Source: Terriglobia bacterium (lineage in GTDB: Bacteria > Acidobacteriota > Terriglobia > Terriglobales > Acidobacteriaceae). Taken from it: a DNA stretch of 64,000 bases. The stretch covers positions 225,846 through 289,845 of the forward strand of contig CAWEZS010000012.1 of assembly GCA_963813645.1 (NCBI GenBank), read 5' to 3'. Position numbers and translations under genes: made by a program. Each line of letters begins with the position of its first letter. Positions within the stretch are counted from its first letter, which is position 1. The notes under the pieces were generated by a model, which was not told where the DNA came from, made no database searches, and saw nothing but the letters and a program-made list of their open reading frames with translations. Below are positions 52,674 to 63,871 of the stretch, one piece after another.

Positions 52674-53933
52674 TTGCTGCGCTGGCGAATCGCCATCCTG
52701 GTTAGCGTTGCCATCGCGATCAGCTATCTGGATCGCCAGACGCTTCCTGTTGCGGTTAGCGCGATCGCACGAGATATCCCGCTTTCCAATCAGCGCTTCT
52801 CTGCACTGCAGTCGGCGTTCTTGCTTTCCTACGCGTTGATGTACCTGGGCGGAGGAAAGTTGGTCGACGCCCTGGGCACTCGCATTGGATTCGCCGTCAT
52901 CATGACGTTCTGGTCGCTCGCCAACGCGAGCCACGCCCTGGCTACAAGCTTCGCCATGCTCATGGCAAGCAGATTTCTTTTGGGGATGGGCGAAGGCGGG
53001 GGCTTTCCTGCCGCCACCCGCGCTGTGACCGAATGGTTTCCGACGAACGAGCGAGCCACCGCGATGGGTATCATCAACGCAGGCACTGCCGTCGGCGCGG
53101 TGATCGCGCCACCACTGATCGCCCTGCTGCTGGCCTATTCGAGCTGGCGATGGATTTTCGTCGTCACCAGCGGACTCGGCTTGCTCTGGACGGCATGGTG
53201 GATCTCATCTTACTTTTCGCCGGAGAATCATCCCGATTCCAGCGTGCGCGAACAATTCGCGCCTGCTTCTCAGCCCGCACTCCCCACGCCGGCGATTCCC
53301 TGGATCGATCTGTTGCGGATCCGCGAGTCCTGGGGCTTGATAAGCGCCAAGTTTCTCAGCGATGCCGCCTGGTATTTCTATCTTTTCTGGCTTCCGAAAT
53401 ATCTTTACGATGCCCGGGGATTTGACGTGAAGGCAGTCGGCACGTTCGCCTGGATTCCTTACGCCGCTGCCGGGGTTGGATGCCTCTTGGGCGGCTGGTT
53501 TTCGAGCTACCTGATCAAGCGCCAGTTCTCGCTGGGCGTGGCCCGAAAGTTGGCGCTGGGACTGAGTGCGGTGGTGATGCCGTCCATCCTGCTCGTCCCA
53601 CGGCTTCCGGTAGCATGGGCGCTTGCGATATTCAGTCTGGCATATTTCGGGCAGCAGTCGTGGTCAACCCTGGTGATGGTGCTTCCCACCGACCTCTTCC
53701 CTGCCAACGTGGTAGGCTCCGTGGCCGGACTGGTGGGCTTTGGCGGGGCCATGGGCGGAATCGCCTTCGGGCAGCTGGTGGGCTATCTGCTGGACCACGG
53801 ATTTGGCTACGGTGTCGTATTCTCATTGGCTGGCACTTTTCACGTGGCAGCATTCGTTATCATTCTTGCCACCGTGCCAGTGGTCCGGCCTCTGAAACTG
53901 GCACGGAAACTGAGTTATTCGGGAGCCCGATGA
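52674..53933 (+). CDS. MFS transporter (hexuronate/sugar-acid ExuT-like)
   Basis: 12-TM pattern, LRWRIAILVSVAIAISYLDRQ, GMGEGGGFPA. TTG start. Confidence 0.85.
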   Translation: MLRWRIAILVSVAIAISYLDRQTLPVAVSAIARDIPLSNQRFSALQSAFLLSYALMYLGGGKLVDALGTRIGFAVIMTFWSLANASHALATSFAMLMASRFLLGMGEGGGFPAATRAVTEWFPTNERATAMGIINAGTAVGAVIAPPLIALLLAYSSWRWIFVVTSGLGLLWTAWWISSYFSPENHPDSSVREQFAPASQPALPTPAIPWIDLLRIRESWGLISAKFLSDAAWYFYLFWLPKYLYDARGFDVKAVGTFAWIPYAAAGVGCLLGGWFSSYLIKRQFSLGVARKLALGLSAVVMPSILLVPRLPVAWALAIFSLAYFGQQSWSTLVMVLPTDLFPANVVGSVAGLVGFGGAMGGIAFGQLVGYLLDHGFGYGVVFSLAGTFHVAAFVIILATVPVVRPLKLARKLSYSGAR

Positions 53934-55102
53934 GGATCAAAGAAATTCGTACTCGCGTGATGCGCTGGCGCGGAAAGACGGTTCCCTTGCCGCCACATTT
54001 CTGCACCAATCCCATGGACTTGCTGAACCTGCCGGAAGCTTCGATGCAGACGTTTACTTTTCACGGCTGGCTGGTGGTTGAAATCTTGACCGACGACGGC
54101 CTGGTGGGGATCGGCAATGCCGCGCTCGCGCCCCAGGTCACGAAGCAGGTAATCGATCTCCATCTCAAGCCGCTTTTGATTGCAAAAGATCCGTGGGACA
54201 TCGAGTTTCTTTGGCAGCTCATGTATCGCAAGACGATGGCGTTCGGCCGAAGAGGCATCGGCATGGTTGCAATCAGCGCGGTGGATATTGCGCTGTGGGA
54301 CCTTCTGGGCAAGTCGGCGAAACAGCCTGTCTATCGGCTGCTGGGAGGCCGAACCAAGCCGCGCATTCCCGTGTACGCCAGCCGGCTCTACAGCGTCGAG
54401 TTGAGCGAGTTGACCGCCGAGGCGAAGCGTTACAAGGCCGAGGGCTACAAAGCCATGAAGCTTCGCTTTGGGTGGGGACCGACAGACGGCGCGTCCGGCA
54501 TGCAGCGCAATCTGAATCTGGTGCGCACCGTGCGCGAGACCGTGGGCGATGGCATCGACGTAATGGCCGACGCTTACATGGGATGGACGCTCGATTATGC
54601 CAAGCGCATGCTGCCGCTCCTCGAACCGTTCAACTTGAGATGGCTGGAAGAGCCGGTCATCCCCGATGATGTGAACGGCTACGTTGAATTGAAGTCTTAC
54701 GGACGAGTTCCCATCGCAGGCGGCGAACACGAGTTCACGGCGTACGGTTTTCGCGACCTGCTGGAGGCTCGCGCACTCGACTACATCCAGTTTGATACCA
54801 ATCGCGTGGGCGGCCTCACGCAAGCTCGCAAGATTGCCGCTATGGCAGAGGCCTATTCCGTTCCGGTCATCCCTCATGCTGGGCAGATGCACAACTATCA
54901 TGTTGTGATGGCCAGTCTGAATTCGCCCATGGCAGAGTTCTTCCCGGTCGTGGACGTCGAAGTTGGCAACGAATTATTCTGGTACATCTTCAACGGCGAA
55001 CCCAAAGCCAAAGACGGCTTCATTGATCTGGATGAAAGTGTTCCGGGGCTGGGTTTGACCATTAATGAGGCGGCGCTGGAAAAGTTTGAAGTCATCGAAT
55101 GA
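53930..55102 (+). CDS. enolase-superfamily sugar-acid dehydratase (L-rhamnonate dehydratase-like)
   Basis: VEILTDDGLVGIG, ISAVDIALWDLLGK, LRWLEEP, GGEHEF. ATG 53930 overlaps the MFS stop (ATGA). Confidence 0.85.
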   Translation: MRIKEIRTRVMRWRGKTVPLPPHFCTNPMDLLNLPEASMQTFTFHGWLVVEILTDDGLVGIGNAALAPQVTKQVIDLHLKPLLIAKDPWDIEFLWQLMYRKTMAFGRRGIGMVAISAVDIALWDLLGKSAKQPVYRLLGGRTKPRIPVYASRLYSVELSELTAEAKRYKAEGYKAMKLRFGWGPTDGASGMQRNLNLVRTVRETVGDGIDVMADAYMGWTLDYAKRMLPLLEPFNLRWLEEPVIPDDVNGYVELKSYGRVPIAGGEHEFTAYGFRDLLEARALDYIQFDTNRVGGLTQARKIAAMAEAYSVPVIPHAGQMHNYHVVMASLNSPMAEFFPVVDVEVGNELFWYIFNGEPKAKDGFIDLDESVPGLGLTINEAALEKFEVIE

Positions 55103-56109
55103 CGCTCATGACGCGACTGGTTCAACTCAAGCGCGGGGACGCAAGGCGGGTGGCTCTGGTCGAGGAACCGCAACTGCGCCTGCTTGACGGCTGCAGCTCG
55201 ATCTACGAATTAGCCAACTCAGCCATTAGCGCCGGCGTGAAGCTCGGCGAGCTGGCACGGAAGCGGGCCAAGGGTGAACCGCTCGAATATGAGGCCGTCT
55301 ACCAGGGGCAGTCGGAGTGGCACATTCTGCCGCCCATTGATCATCCCGGGGAACCGGCGCGCTGCCTGGTTTCGGGGACCGGGTTGACCCACATGGGCAG
55401 CGCTCGCGGCCGCCAGAGTATGCACGCCTCGACCGAGGCGGACCTGACCGACAGCATGAAAATGTTTCGCTCGGGAATTGAAGGAGGGCGTCCAGTGCCC
55501 GGAGCCATCGGCGCCGCTCCCGAGTGGTTTTACAAAGGTACGGGCACGATTCTGCGTGGCCACAACGATGCACTCGACGTCCCGCCGTACGCTGGTGACG
55601 GCGGCGAGGAAGCGGAACTGGCAGGCATCTACATCATCGCTCCCAACGGCCAGCCGTGCCGCATCGGGATGGCCGGCGGCAACGAATTTTCGGATCACGT
55701 ATTTGAAAAGACGAACTATCTCAATCTGGCGGCATCCAAACTTCGGACCTGTGCGCTCGGTCCCGAACTTCTGGTGGACCCTGAATTCGAGTCGGTCGCG
55801 GTCGAAGTAAAGATCGAACGCGCCGGCACTCCGCTCTGGTCGAAAACATTCCGCACGGGAGAGGCCGAGATGTGTCACAGCCTGGCGAACATCGAACACC
55901 ATCATTTCAAGCATGAAGCGCATCGCCGGCCGGGAGACGTCCACGTGCACTTCTTCGGCACTGACGCCTTAAGTTTCAGCGATGGCATAAACTTGCAGGA
56001 TGGCGATGTGATGCAAGTCTCAATTGAAGGCTTTGGGCGGCCCTTGCGCAATCCGGTGCGCGTGGCCGGAGGCAAACCAAGACTAGTCAGCGTGAAAGGT
56101 TTGGGGTGA
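55099..56109 (+). CDS. FAH-superfamily protein (GguC/AraD1-like 2-keto-3-deoxy sugar-acid enzyme)
   Basis: 336 aa, ATGA overlap with the upstream gene. Pattern ...PEWFYKGTG...EEAELAGIY... recalled from GguC-type proteins. Confidence 0.65.
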   Translation: MTLMTRLVQLKRGDARRVALVEEPQLRLLDGCSSIYELANSAISAGVKLGELARKRAKGEPLEYEAVYQGQSEWHILPPIDHPGEPARCLVSGTGLTHMGSARGRQSMHASTEADLTDSMKMFRSGIEGGRPVPGAIGAAPEWFYKGTGTILRGHNDALDVPPYAGDGGEEAELAGIYIIAPNGQPCRIGMAGGNEFSDHVFEKTNYLNLAASKLRTCALGPELLVDPEFESVAVEVKIERAGTPLWSKTFRTGEAEMCHSLANIEHHHFKHEAHRRPGDVHVHFFGTDALSFSDGINLQDGDVMQVSIEGFGRPLRNPVRVAGGKPRLVSVKGLG

Positions 56110-56110
56110 A

Positions 56111-56986
56111 ATGATGGCGAAACCGAGGGTCGCAATTATCGGATTGGGAATCATGGGAAGCGGGATGGCCGGGCGGGTGCTCTCCGCGAACTTTCCTTTG
56201 GCCGTCTACAACAGAAATCGAGACAAGACTGCGACCTTGGCGAGCGCAGGTGCGAGCGTGGCTCAGTCGCCGCGTGAGGCCGGGTCTGGTGCGGACATCA
56301 TCATCAGCATGGTCTCGGATGATATTGCCTCCCGCGGCGTGTGGTTTGGCGAAAACGGCGCGTTGGCAGGAGCCCGTCGCGGAGCGGTGCTTATTGAGTG
56401 CAGCACTCTCACGGTCGGATGGGTCAAGGAACTGGCGGCCGCGGCTGCTCAGCAAGGATGCGAGTTGCTGGATGCGCCGGTCACCGGCACCAAGCCTCAT
56501 GCGGCTTCCGGCGAATTGTCGTTCTTGATCGGAGGCTCGGACGCGGCGCTCGCCACCGCCCAGCCTGTTCTATCTGTGCTGGGACGCGAATTCATTCACC
56601 TCGGCCCGACTGGTAGCGGCGCCCTGATGAAGCTCATCAACAATTTCATGTGTGGCGTGCAAGCTGCGTCTCTCGCGGAAGCGGAATATATGATCGGCGC
56701 CGGCGGCCTGGATCTCGCGAAGGCGCTCGCAATACTTACCCAGGGAGCTCCGGGCAGTGGCCTGGTGCAGCGAGCTGCCGCCCGCGCTTTTGCCAATGAC
56801 TTTACCCCGAATTTCCCGCTGCACTTGATGGCCAAGGACTTGGGGTACGCCATCGCCGAAGCTTCGCATCTCGGACATAACCTTCAGACAGCAAGTTCCG
56901 CGCTCAGCATATTCAAAGAGGCGATTGCCAAAGGTTACGGCAATCAGGATTTTTCCGCAGTGATCAAGTCACAGCAGCGCGGTTAA
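56111..56986 (+). CDS. NAD(P)-dependent beta-hydroxyacid dehydrogenase (3-hydroxyisobutyrate dehydrogenase family)
   Basis: VAIIGLGIMGSGMA, DAPVTG, KLINN. Confidence 0.85.
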   Translation: MMAKPRVAIIGLGIMGSGMAGRVLSANFPLAVYNRNRDKTATLASAGASVAQSPREAGSGADIIISMVSDDIASRGVWFGENGALAGARRGAVLIECSTLTVGWVKELAAAAAQQGCELLDAPVTGTKPHAASGELSFLIGGSDAALATAQPVLSVLGREFIHLGPTGSGALMKLINNFMCGVQAASLAEAEYMIGAGGLDLAKALAILTQGAPGSGLVQRAAARAFANDFTPNFPLHLMAKDLGYAIAEASHLGHNLQTASSALSIFKEAIAKGYGNQDFSAVIKSQQRG

Positions 56987-57023
56987 GGACATACTTAGGC
57001 ATTCAGCTCGGACGGGAGACCTT

Positions 57024-57857
57024 ATGTGGCTGGTCCAGCCTGACAAATGCAAAAAGTGGTCTACCCGCGGTTCGCGTGTTTTCGCGTTACTGGTGATAAC
57101 GCTTTTTTCTTCAGTACTCGCATCCGGTCAAAAACCGGAGTATGACTTCTACCCCGAATTTCGAAACGCCTTTACTCCAAAACTCCGTGCCGAGAATCCT
57201 TCGCAGTCGCTTACGAATGAACAGATCGTGGAACGGTATGCGGCGAAGCTCAAGAGCAAAGGAGTCACGGAAACCGAAATAGCCCGTCGGACAAGATTGC
57301 TTCTGACATCGCGCAGCCTCTTGGAGGCAGACTACTGGAATCGGTACTATAGCGACAGCCATTCCAATTTCAACAGGGCTCCGAACGGCTTCCTCAAGCA
57401 AATGGTGGAAGGGGAGCAGCCCGGAACTGCTTTGGACTATGGAATGGGAGAGGGCCGAAACGCTATCTACCTGGCAAGTCTGGGGTGGCAGGTGTGGGGA
57501 TTTGATCCTGCTGATGCGGGCGTCGCACTAGCCCAAAAACGGGCGAAGGAACTGCGGCTGACGCTGCACACTGCAACCGTTCGTGACAGCGAGTACGATT
57601 TCGGCAAAGAACGATTCGACCTTGTTTTGTTTAGTTGGACCATGCCGCTGGTGCCCGTCCAGAAGGTCGTTGATTCACTCAAACCCGGCGGAATCGTGGT
57701 GATGGAATGCGGGGCCGATTTCGTCAGCGGCCGCAATGAGATTCTTCACATGTTTGATCCTCTCCAGATCGTCCGCTATGAGATCATTCGGGCGAAGTCC
57801 GACTTCTACGATCGCCGTGAGACGGATGTGCTCCGGCTGGTGGCAAGAAAACCATAG
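57024..57857 (+). CDS. class I SAM-dependent methyltransferase with N-terminal signal/anchor
   Basis: Hydrophobic N-terminus (FALLVITLFSSVLASG), then ALDYGMGEGRNAIYLASLGWQVWGFD. Confidence 0.7.
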   Translation: MWLVQPDKCKKWSTRGSRVFALLVITLFSSVLASGQKPEYDFYPEFRNAFTPKLRAENPSQSLTNEQIVERYAAKLKSKGVTETEIARRTRLLLTSRSLLEADYWNRYYSDSHSNFNRAPNGFLKQMVEGEQPGTALDYGMGEGRNAIYLASLGWQVWGFDPADAGVALAQKRAKELRLTLHTATVRDSEYDFGKERFDLVLFSWTMPLVPVQKVVDSLKPGGIVVMECGADFVSGRNEILHMFDPLQIVRYEIIRAKSDFYDRRETDVLRLVARKP

Positions 57858-57870
57858 ACATACCACAGAA

Positions 57871-59586
57871 TCACTCCCAACTAAGTCGGACGAGAGAAAG
57901 CCCTTGCCTGGGCAAGGCAAATTGCAGATGGGCTGTGCCTTGCGTGATCGGCGTCCACGCGGGAGAAGCGAGCATCTGCAACTGGCCGGCGCGTTGCAGT
58001 TGCTGATATTGCCCTTCGGTTGGCGACTGTGGCGATCCCATTTCTTTCCAGGCTGCGAATGAGTTGCTGCGGCTGGAATCGATGCGGAAGTGCTCGAGCA
58101 GTCCATGACTGATCTTTGCGGGAAGCCCACGGACAACCAAGTCGACCGCGGTGGCGGCGGCAGGCAGATCGTCGTCGTGGTAATTCCAGATCAGAACCTC
58201 CACCTCATGCTCCTTGCGCGTGGCGATCACGCTAATGTCGGGCTGTCCACGCACGCCGTTGCGGACAACGTCTTCGGAAGGCAAGGCGCCTGAACTGGTG
58301 GCTTTTACGCGCACGTTGCCCAGCAGACCAAACATGCGGAAAGCATTCAGCACTGGTTTGTCTACCCCGTTGGTAGCCAGGGTGCGGAAACCTTCAAAGT
58401 AGGGCTGGCCTTCGAATTCAAATGCCCAGGTCACAGCGCCGAGAAAATTGACGCGCTCTCGGCTGGCCAGAAAGAAAATGTTGTTCAGGGTTTCTGCCGT
58501 ATGGGCGGCATACAGCGGACCGTTGCGATAGGAGTTCTGTGGATTGCTGCGAGCGGAGCAGGCGGCGCATCCTTCAGGATCGGACTCTCCCAGGACAATC
58601 GGCGTGCGGCGCCATTCCGGAAATGATGCCACAATCTGGAAGCCCTGCTCGATCGCTGCCAATTGGCGTGCTAGGCCCATCTGTACGTGATCGCCCTGCC
58701 ACTTCGGGGCACCCTTGGGATGAAAGCTGATAAAGTCCAGACGCGAGCCAGTTCTTCCGCTCACATAGTTTGGCTGGTGAGCACAATGGTCTAGGAATGA
58801 GCGCAAGAATTCGGCCGCCTTCGGATTTGCCGGGCCGGTGCTGTCCGGCCCTCCGACGCGAGCCTCGGGAAGCGCCCGCAGCACCGCATCCACGCTGAAG
58901 TCATAAAGCTTGAAATATTCCTCCGGCGTTCCCTTCCAGTACTCGATGTCGGGTTCGTTCCAGACCTCCCACAGCCAGGTCTTTACTTCCGCATCTCCAT
59001 AGCGCTCGCGGAGGTGACGGACAAATTGAAAGACCACTTCCGACCACTTCTGATAATCCTTGGGAGGGTAGGCCCAGCCGGTGAAGATCGGGCCTTGCGG
59101 AAAATTGTGACGATAGGGCTCCGGATGCGTCGAGAGAGCTTCAGGCATGAAGCCGATTTCGACCAACGGCTTTACGCCAGCTTTCTGAAAAGTGTCGAAA
59201 ATCTGGTCCAGTATCGTCCAGCTGTAGACTGGATTGCCCGCAGCATCCCCGCTGTAAACGTTGGTTGATCCCCACTTCAACGAGGACGAGCCATCGCCCG
59301 TGGTCAAAAGATTGTGGACCCTCACATAGGCAGGCTGTGAACTGAGTGCCGCCAACTCTCCCAGAAGTTTCTTGCCGTTTGCCGCGTAGGTGTAGTTGGG
59401 TTCGTCGTAGCCGAAGTAATTCCAGATGGGTGAGATTGTTTCCCGGGGCTGATCAAACTGCACCTCGATATTTACGCTCTGCACGCCCTGTTGCGGGCTC
59501 TGTTGTGAACTCGCTACTAGTGAAAGCAGCAGCAAAGGAAGGACACATCGAAGCGCAAGAATCGATTTGAATCCCAGATGGTTCAT
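57871..59586 (-). CDS. glycoside hydrolase family 39-like (beta-xylosidase type), exported
   Basis: Signal peptide and WEVWNEPD acid/base motif. 571 aa. Confidence 0.75.
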   Translation of the reverse strand: MNHLGFKSILALRCVLPLLLLSLVASSQQSPQQGVQSVNIEVQFDQPRETISPIWNYFGYDEPNYTYAANGKKLLGELAALSSQPAYVRVHNLLTTGDGSSSLKWGSTNVYSGDAAGNPVYSWTILDQIFDTFQKAGVKPLVEIGFMPEALSTHPEPYRHNFPQGPIFTGWAYPPKDYQKWSEVVFQFVRHLRERYGDAEVKTWLWEVWNEPDIEYWKGTPEEYFKLYDFSVDAVLRALPEARVGGPDSTGPANPKAAEFLRSFLDHCAHQPNYVSGRTGSRLDFISFHPKGAPKWQGDHVQMGLARQLAAIEQGFQIVASFPEWRRTPIVLGESDPEGCAACSARSNPQNSYRNGPLYAAHTAETLNNIFFLASRERVNFLGAVTWAFEFEGQPYFEGFRTLATNGVDKPVLNAFRMFGLLGNVRVKATSSGALPSEDVVRNGVRGQPDISVIATRKEHEVEVLIWNYHDDDLPAAATAVDLVVRGLPAKISHGLLEHFRIDSSRSNSFAAWKEMGSPQSPTEGQYQQLQRAGQLQMLASPAWTPITQGTAHLQFALPRQGLSLVRLSWE

Positions 59587-61016
59587 CCGCGGCCTCTCGT
59601 AGTACCGGTCGCGGGAAGCTCCAGACCCAGAAATTCCCGCGCATTACTGAAGCAGATGTTGCGGACCATGCTTCCGAGGAGCTTCTCGTCGCTCGGAAGC
59701 TCGCCGTTCTCCACGTCCCGTCCCAGCAGATCGCAGAGGACCCGGCGGAAATATTCATGACGCGGAAATGACATGAAGGATCGCGAGTCGGTCAGCATTC
59801 CGATAAACCGGGATAGCAGCCCGGTGTTGGACAGCGCTTTGAGCTGCCATTCGATTCCATCTTTCTGATCGAGAAACCACCAGGCGCTGCCGAATTGTAT
59901 TTTGCCCGCCACCGAACCGTCCTGAAAATTGCCGATGGCGGTGGCAAGAACGTAATTGTCCGCCGGGTTGACGTTGTAGACGATCGTCTTGGGCAACGCA
60001 TGCTCCTGCTCCAGCAGGTCAAGGTAGGCGCCCAGTGCCGCGGCCTGCTCCCAGTCGCCCACACTGTCGTAGCCGGTGTCAGGTCCCGCTTCTTTGGTTC
60101 GCCGGGAATTTACATTGCGGAGCGCTCCCAGGTGCAGTTGCTTGGTCCAGCCTTTTTCAGCGTCCAGGCTGCCGAAGAACAACATCAGGAAGGAGGCGAA
60201 CTTTTCTTGTTCAGTGTCGGTCGTGGACGTACCGCCGCGGGCCTTGGCGAAAATGGCCGCAGCCTCACGTTCAGTACACCGCGTTGCATGGCAGCGGTTC
60301 AGACCATGATCGGAGAGCCGGCCTCCGCTGGCATGGAAGAAATCATGGCGCTGCCGGAGCGCATCAAGAAAATCGTTAAGGGACGGGATTTCCTTCTGGC
60401 TCGCCTCCTGCAGGCGGTTGACCCAGGCATTCCACGTGTCGGGGATGCCGATCCGCAAAGCCTTGTCAGGGCGGAAAGTGGGATACATGCGAAGTTCGGT
60501 GGCCGAAGTATTCAGCGCCCGGTGACAGGCAAGGTCGTCACAGGGATCGTCGGTTGAGCACACTGCCCGAACTTTGAATTTCCGGAGTATCCCTTGCGCG
60601 GTGAGGTCCCCCTTTTGCAGTGCGGAGTTCGCGCGCTCCCAAACCCCATTTGCATTACTTTCATCCAGCAGCTCACCGATGCCAAAGTATCGCTTCAGCT
60701 CGAGATGGGTCCACAGATAGAGTGGGCTGCGCAGTGTGTACGGCACCGTACGGGCCCATGCCAGAAACTTCTCGTAAGGAGCCGCAGCGCCGGTGCAGTA
60801 CTCCTCCGACACTCCATTGGCGCGCATCAGGCGCCATTTGTAGTGGTCGCCTTTCAGCCAGATCTCCCACAAATCGCCAAAGCGGTGGTCGGAGGCGACG
60901 TCGGCGGGCGGAAGATGCGAATGGTAGTCCAGGATCGGTTCATTCGCGGCATAGTCGTGATACAGTCGGCGAGCCATCTCCGAATGAAGCAGGAAGTCAT
61001 CGTGGATGAATTCCAT
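59583..61016 (-). CDS. uxaC: glucuronate isomerase
   Basis: FIHDDFLLHSEMARRLYHDYA...ILDYHSHL...GDHYKWR. Start set at MEFIHDDF, and the ORF extends to 61052. Confidence 0.9.
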   Translation of the reverse strand: MEFIHDDFLLHSEMARRLYHDYAANEPILDYHSHLPPADVASDHRFGDLWEIWLKGDHYKWRLMRANGVSEEYCTGAAAPYEKFLAWARTVPYTLRSPLYLWTHLELKRYFGIGELLDESNANGVWERANSALQKGDLTAQGILRKFKVRAVCSTDDPCDDLACHRALNTSATELRMYPTFRPDKALRIGIPDTWNAWVNRLQEASQKEIPSLNDFLDALRQRHDFFHASGGRLSDHGLNRCHATRCTEREAAAIFAKARGGTSTTDTEQEKFASFLMLFFGSLDAEKGWTKQLHLGALRNVNSRRTKEAGPDTGYDSVGDWEQAAALGAYLDLLEQEHALPKTIVYNVNPADNYVLATAIGNFQDGSVAGKIQFGSAWWFLDQKDGIEWQLKALSNTGLLSRFIGMLTDSRSFMSFPRHEYFRRVLCDLLGRDVENGELPSDEKLLGSMVRNICFSNAREFLGLELPATGTTRGRG

Positions 61017-61163
61017 TGCACGCTCCGGACATGGAATTGTTAACTGCTTCACTCGATCTCGAACCCATGGCTACACCTCCGCTTCTCGAAGCGGTATCAT
61101 ATTAGACTTCCACTGGCCGTTTCTGGAAGAATAGCGCGGGAAAGAGCTGGAGAGGCAACCACT

Positions 61164-61616
61164 ATGCAGATTAAAGTCAATGGCGTGGAACGTTCCTACG
61201 ATGGCGATCCCAATCTGCCGCTGCTGTGGTATCTGCGCGACGTGTTGGGGTTGACCGGAACCAAGTATGGTTGCGGTATGGCGCTATGCGGGGCCTGTGT
61301 CGTACACCAGGATGGAAAGGCAGTCCGCTCCTGCGTGACCCCGGTGAGCGCGACGGCGGGGAAAGAGATTACCACCATCGAAGCTATCTCCAAGAGCGGG
61401 CTGCACGTGGTACAGCAGAAGTGGATCGAATACAACGTGCCGCAATGCGGCTACTGCCAGTCGGGACAGATCATGCAGGCCATTTCCCTGCTGAAAGAAA
61501 AGCCGAAGCCCACTGACGAAGACATTGACAACGGCATGTCGGGAAACATCTGCCGCTGTGGAACCTACCAGCGCATTCGTGCAGCCATCAAAGCAGCCGC
61601 GGGAGAAAAGGCATGA
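61164..61616 (+). CDS. (2Fe-2S)-binding small subunit of an IorAB/aldehyde-oxidase-type molybdoenzyme
   Basis: [12 protein letters not shown]...[11 protein letters not shown]...NICRCGTY. Confidence 0.9.
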   Translation: MQIKVNGVERSYDGDPNLPLLWYLRDVLGLTGTKYGCGMALCGACVVHQDGKAVRSCVTPVSATAGKEITTIEAISKSGLHVVQQKWIEYNVPQCGYCQSGQIMQAISLLKEKPKPTDEDIDNGMSGNICRCGTYQRIRAAIKAAAGEKA

Positions 61617-63871
61617 GCGACAACATTCTGAATGTCAGCCGGCGCGGTTTTCTGCAGGGGTTGGTTTCCACGGGCGCCCTGGTCCTGAGTGTGCGCCTGA
61701 TTCCGAAGGCTTTGTGGGCCGCCGAGGCAACAGCCGGTTCGCCTGTGGACCACGCAGTCCTGCACCCCAATGTGTTTGTGGGAATTGATACGGACGGAAC
61801 TGTCTATTTGGTGGCGGCCCGTTCGGAGATGGGCACTACCAGCCGCACTTCGGTGCCGCTTATTCTGGCGGACGAACTGGACGCGGACTGGAAGCGAGTC
61901 AAACTGGAACAGGCGATCGGCGACCCGCGTTACGGGGACCAGGACACCGATGGATCGCACTCGGTCCGCGATGGTTTTGTGACCATGCGCGAGGCCGGCG
62001 CCACGGCGCGCCTGATGCTGACACAAGCCGCAGCTCAGAAGTGGGGCGTGCCCGTTTCAGAGTGCGAATCCGACCTGCACGCGATCGTGCATAAGCCAAG
62101 CAAGCGCAAGGCTGGATACGGAGAACTGGCCTCGGCAGCCGCCAAGTTGCCTGTGCCCAAGAAAGAAGATCTGACCTACAAGCCGAAAAGCGCCTGGCGC
62201 TACATGGGGAAGGGCGCGGTCAGTTACGATCTGCAAAATCTTTGCACCGGCAAGGCGGGCTTCGGCATGGACGCGCACATGGATGGCATGGTCTATGCCT
62301 CAGTCGAGCATCCGCCGGTACTGGGCGGCAAGGTCAAGTCTTACGACGACAAGGCTCCGCTGCTGGTAAAGGGCGTGAAGCAAACTATTCCCATCAAGCC
62401 CTTCACCCCGCCGCATCACTTTCAACCGCTGGGCGGAGTCGCGGTCATTGCTGACAACACCTGGGCCGCTTTCCAGGGACGCAAGAAACTGAACGTCACG
62501 TGGGACAACGGGCCCAACGCCAGCTACAACTCGGATCAATATAAAAAGCAGTTGCAGGAAACGGCCCGCAAACCGGGAAAGGTCGTGCGAAATATCGGCG
62601 ACGTGGACGCCGCCTTCGCCAAGGGCGGAAAGATCGTGGAGGCGGAATACTACCTGCCCCACCTGGCGCACGCCCCCATGGAGCCGCCCGCGGCGCTGGC
62701 CGACTATCGGGATGGCAAAGTAACGGTGTGGACTTGCACGCAGAGCCCGCAGGCCGTGCAGGAGACACTTGGGGAAGCACTCGGCATTCCTAAAGAAAAC
62801 GTCACCTGCCACGTGACTCTGCTAGGCGGAGGGTTTGGCCGGAAGTCGAAACCTGATTACGCAGCCGAGGCAGCAGTTCTCTCGAAGGCGGTCGGCAAGC
62901 CGGTCAAGGTAGTGTGGAGCCGCGAAGACGACATCAAATTCGGTTTCTATCACTCCGTTTCCGCGATGTACATGAAGGCTTCGTTGAATGAAAAAGGAAT
63001 GCCTGTGGCCTGGTTGCAACGTACGGTATTTCCGCCGATCGGCTCCACCTTCGCGTTGGACACGACTTACGGCGACGGCGGCGAATTAGGTCTGGGTTGG
63101 ACCGACGTGCCCTTCGACATCCCCAACCATCGCGCCGAAAACGGCTCGGCGGAAAATCATGTCCGCATCGGTTGGTTCCGCTCGGTTGCCAATATCTATC
63201 ATGCTTTCGCAGTGCAGTCCTTCGCGGATGAACTCGCGCACCTTTCGGGACGCGACCCAGTGGAATATATGCTGGACCTGATCGGCCCTGCGCGGATTGT
63301 AGACGTCAAGGCTTCGGCGCCTGAGAACAATAATTATGGCGGCTCGACCACCGAATACCCTTTGGACACTGCCCGCATGCGGCGCGTGGTTGAACTGGCC
63401 GCGGAAAAATCCGGCTGGGGAAAACGGAAGCTGGGTAAAGGCTCGGGGATGGGTATCGCTGTGCACCGAAGTTTCCTGACTTACGTGGCTACGGTGGTTG
63501 AAGTCGAAGTGGACGATAAGGGCGAAGTGAAAATTCCCATGGTGCACACCGCCGTGGATGCCGGGATCGTGGTAAATCCGGAAGCGACGAGAGCACAATT
63601 CGAGGGTGCCGCGGTTTTTGGAACCAGCATTGTGCGAAGTGGCGCGATTACGGCGAAAGACGGAGCTATTGAGCAGTCGAACTTCAATGACTATCCTGTC
63701 GCCCGCATGAACGAAGCTCCCTACAAGACGAACGTTTACATCGTGGACAGCGACGCACCGCCGGCAGGTGTAGGCGAGCCTGGTGTGCCGCCGTTTGCCC
63801 CCGCGGTCTGCAATGCAATCTTCGCCGCGAGTGGAAAACGCATTCGCGAGTTGCCACTTTCGAAAGCGTAA
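61613..63871 (+). CDS. molybdopterin-binding large subunit (isoquinoline 1-oxidoreductase beta-like), Tat signal
   Basis: SRRGFLQG signal. 752 aa, C-terminal [23 protein letters not shown] overlap with the small subunit. Confidence 0.9.
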   Translation: MSDNILNVSRRGFLQGLVSTGALVLSVRLIPKALWAAEATAGSPVDHAVLHPNVFVGIDTDGTVYLVAARSEMGTTSRTSVPLILADELDADWKRVKLEQAIGDPRYGDQDTDGSHSVRDGFVTMREAGATARLMLTQAAAQKWGVPVSECESDLHAIVHKPSKRKAGYGELASAAAKLPVPKKEDLTYKPKSAWRYMGKGAVSYDLQNLCTGKAGFGMDAHMDGMVYASVEHPPVLGGKVKSYDDKAPLLVKGVKQTIPIKPFTPPHHFQPLGGVAVIADNTWAAFQGRKKLNVTWDNGPNASYNSDQYKKQLQETARKPGKVVRNIGDVDAAFAKGGKIVEAEYYLPHLAHAPMEPPAALADYRDGKVTVWTCTQSPQAVQETLGEALGIPKENVTCHVTLLGGGFGRKSKPDYAAEAAVLSKAVGKPVKVVWSREDDIKFGFYHSVSAMYMKASLNEKGMPVAWLQRTVFPPIGSTFALDTTYGDGGELGLGWTDVPFDIPNHRAENGSAENHVRIGWFRSVANIYHAFAVQSFADELAHLSGRDPVEYMLDLIGPARIVDVKASAPENNNYGGSTTEYPLDTARMRRVVELAAEKSGWGKRKLGKGSGMGIAVHRSFLTYVATVVEVEVDDKGEVKIPMVHTAVDAGIVVNPEATRAQFEGAAVFGTSIVRSGAITAKDGAIEQSNFNDYPVARMNEAPYKTNVYIVDSDAPPAGVGEPGVPPFAPAVCNAIFAASGKRIRELPLSKA

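Noticed and set aside
53480-53929. 150-codon N-terminal extension of the enolase-family ORF, overlapping the MFS transporter gene.
   Set aside because: The extension is Arg/Gly-rich nonsense. The family starts at MRIKEIRT, whose ATG overlaps the MFS stop (ATGA coupling).
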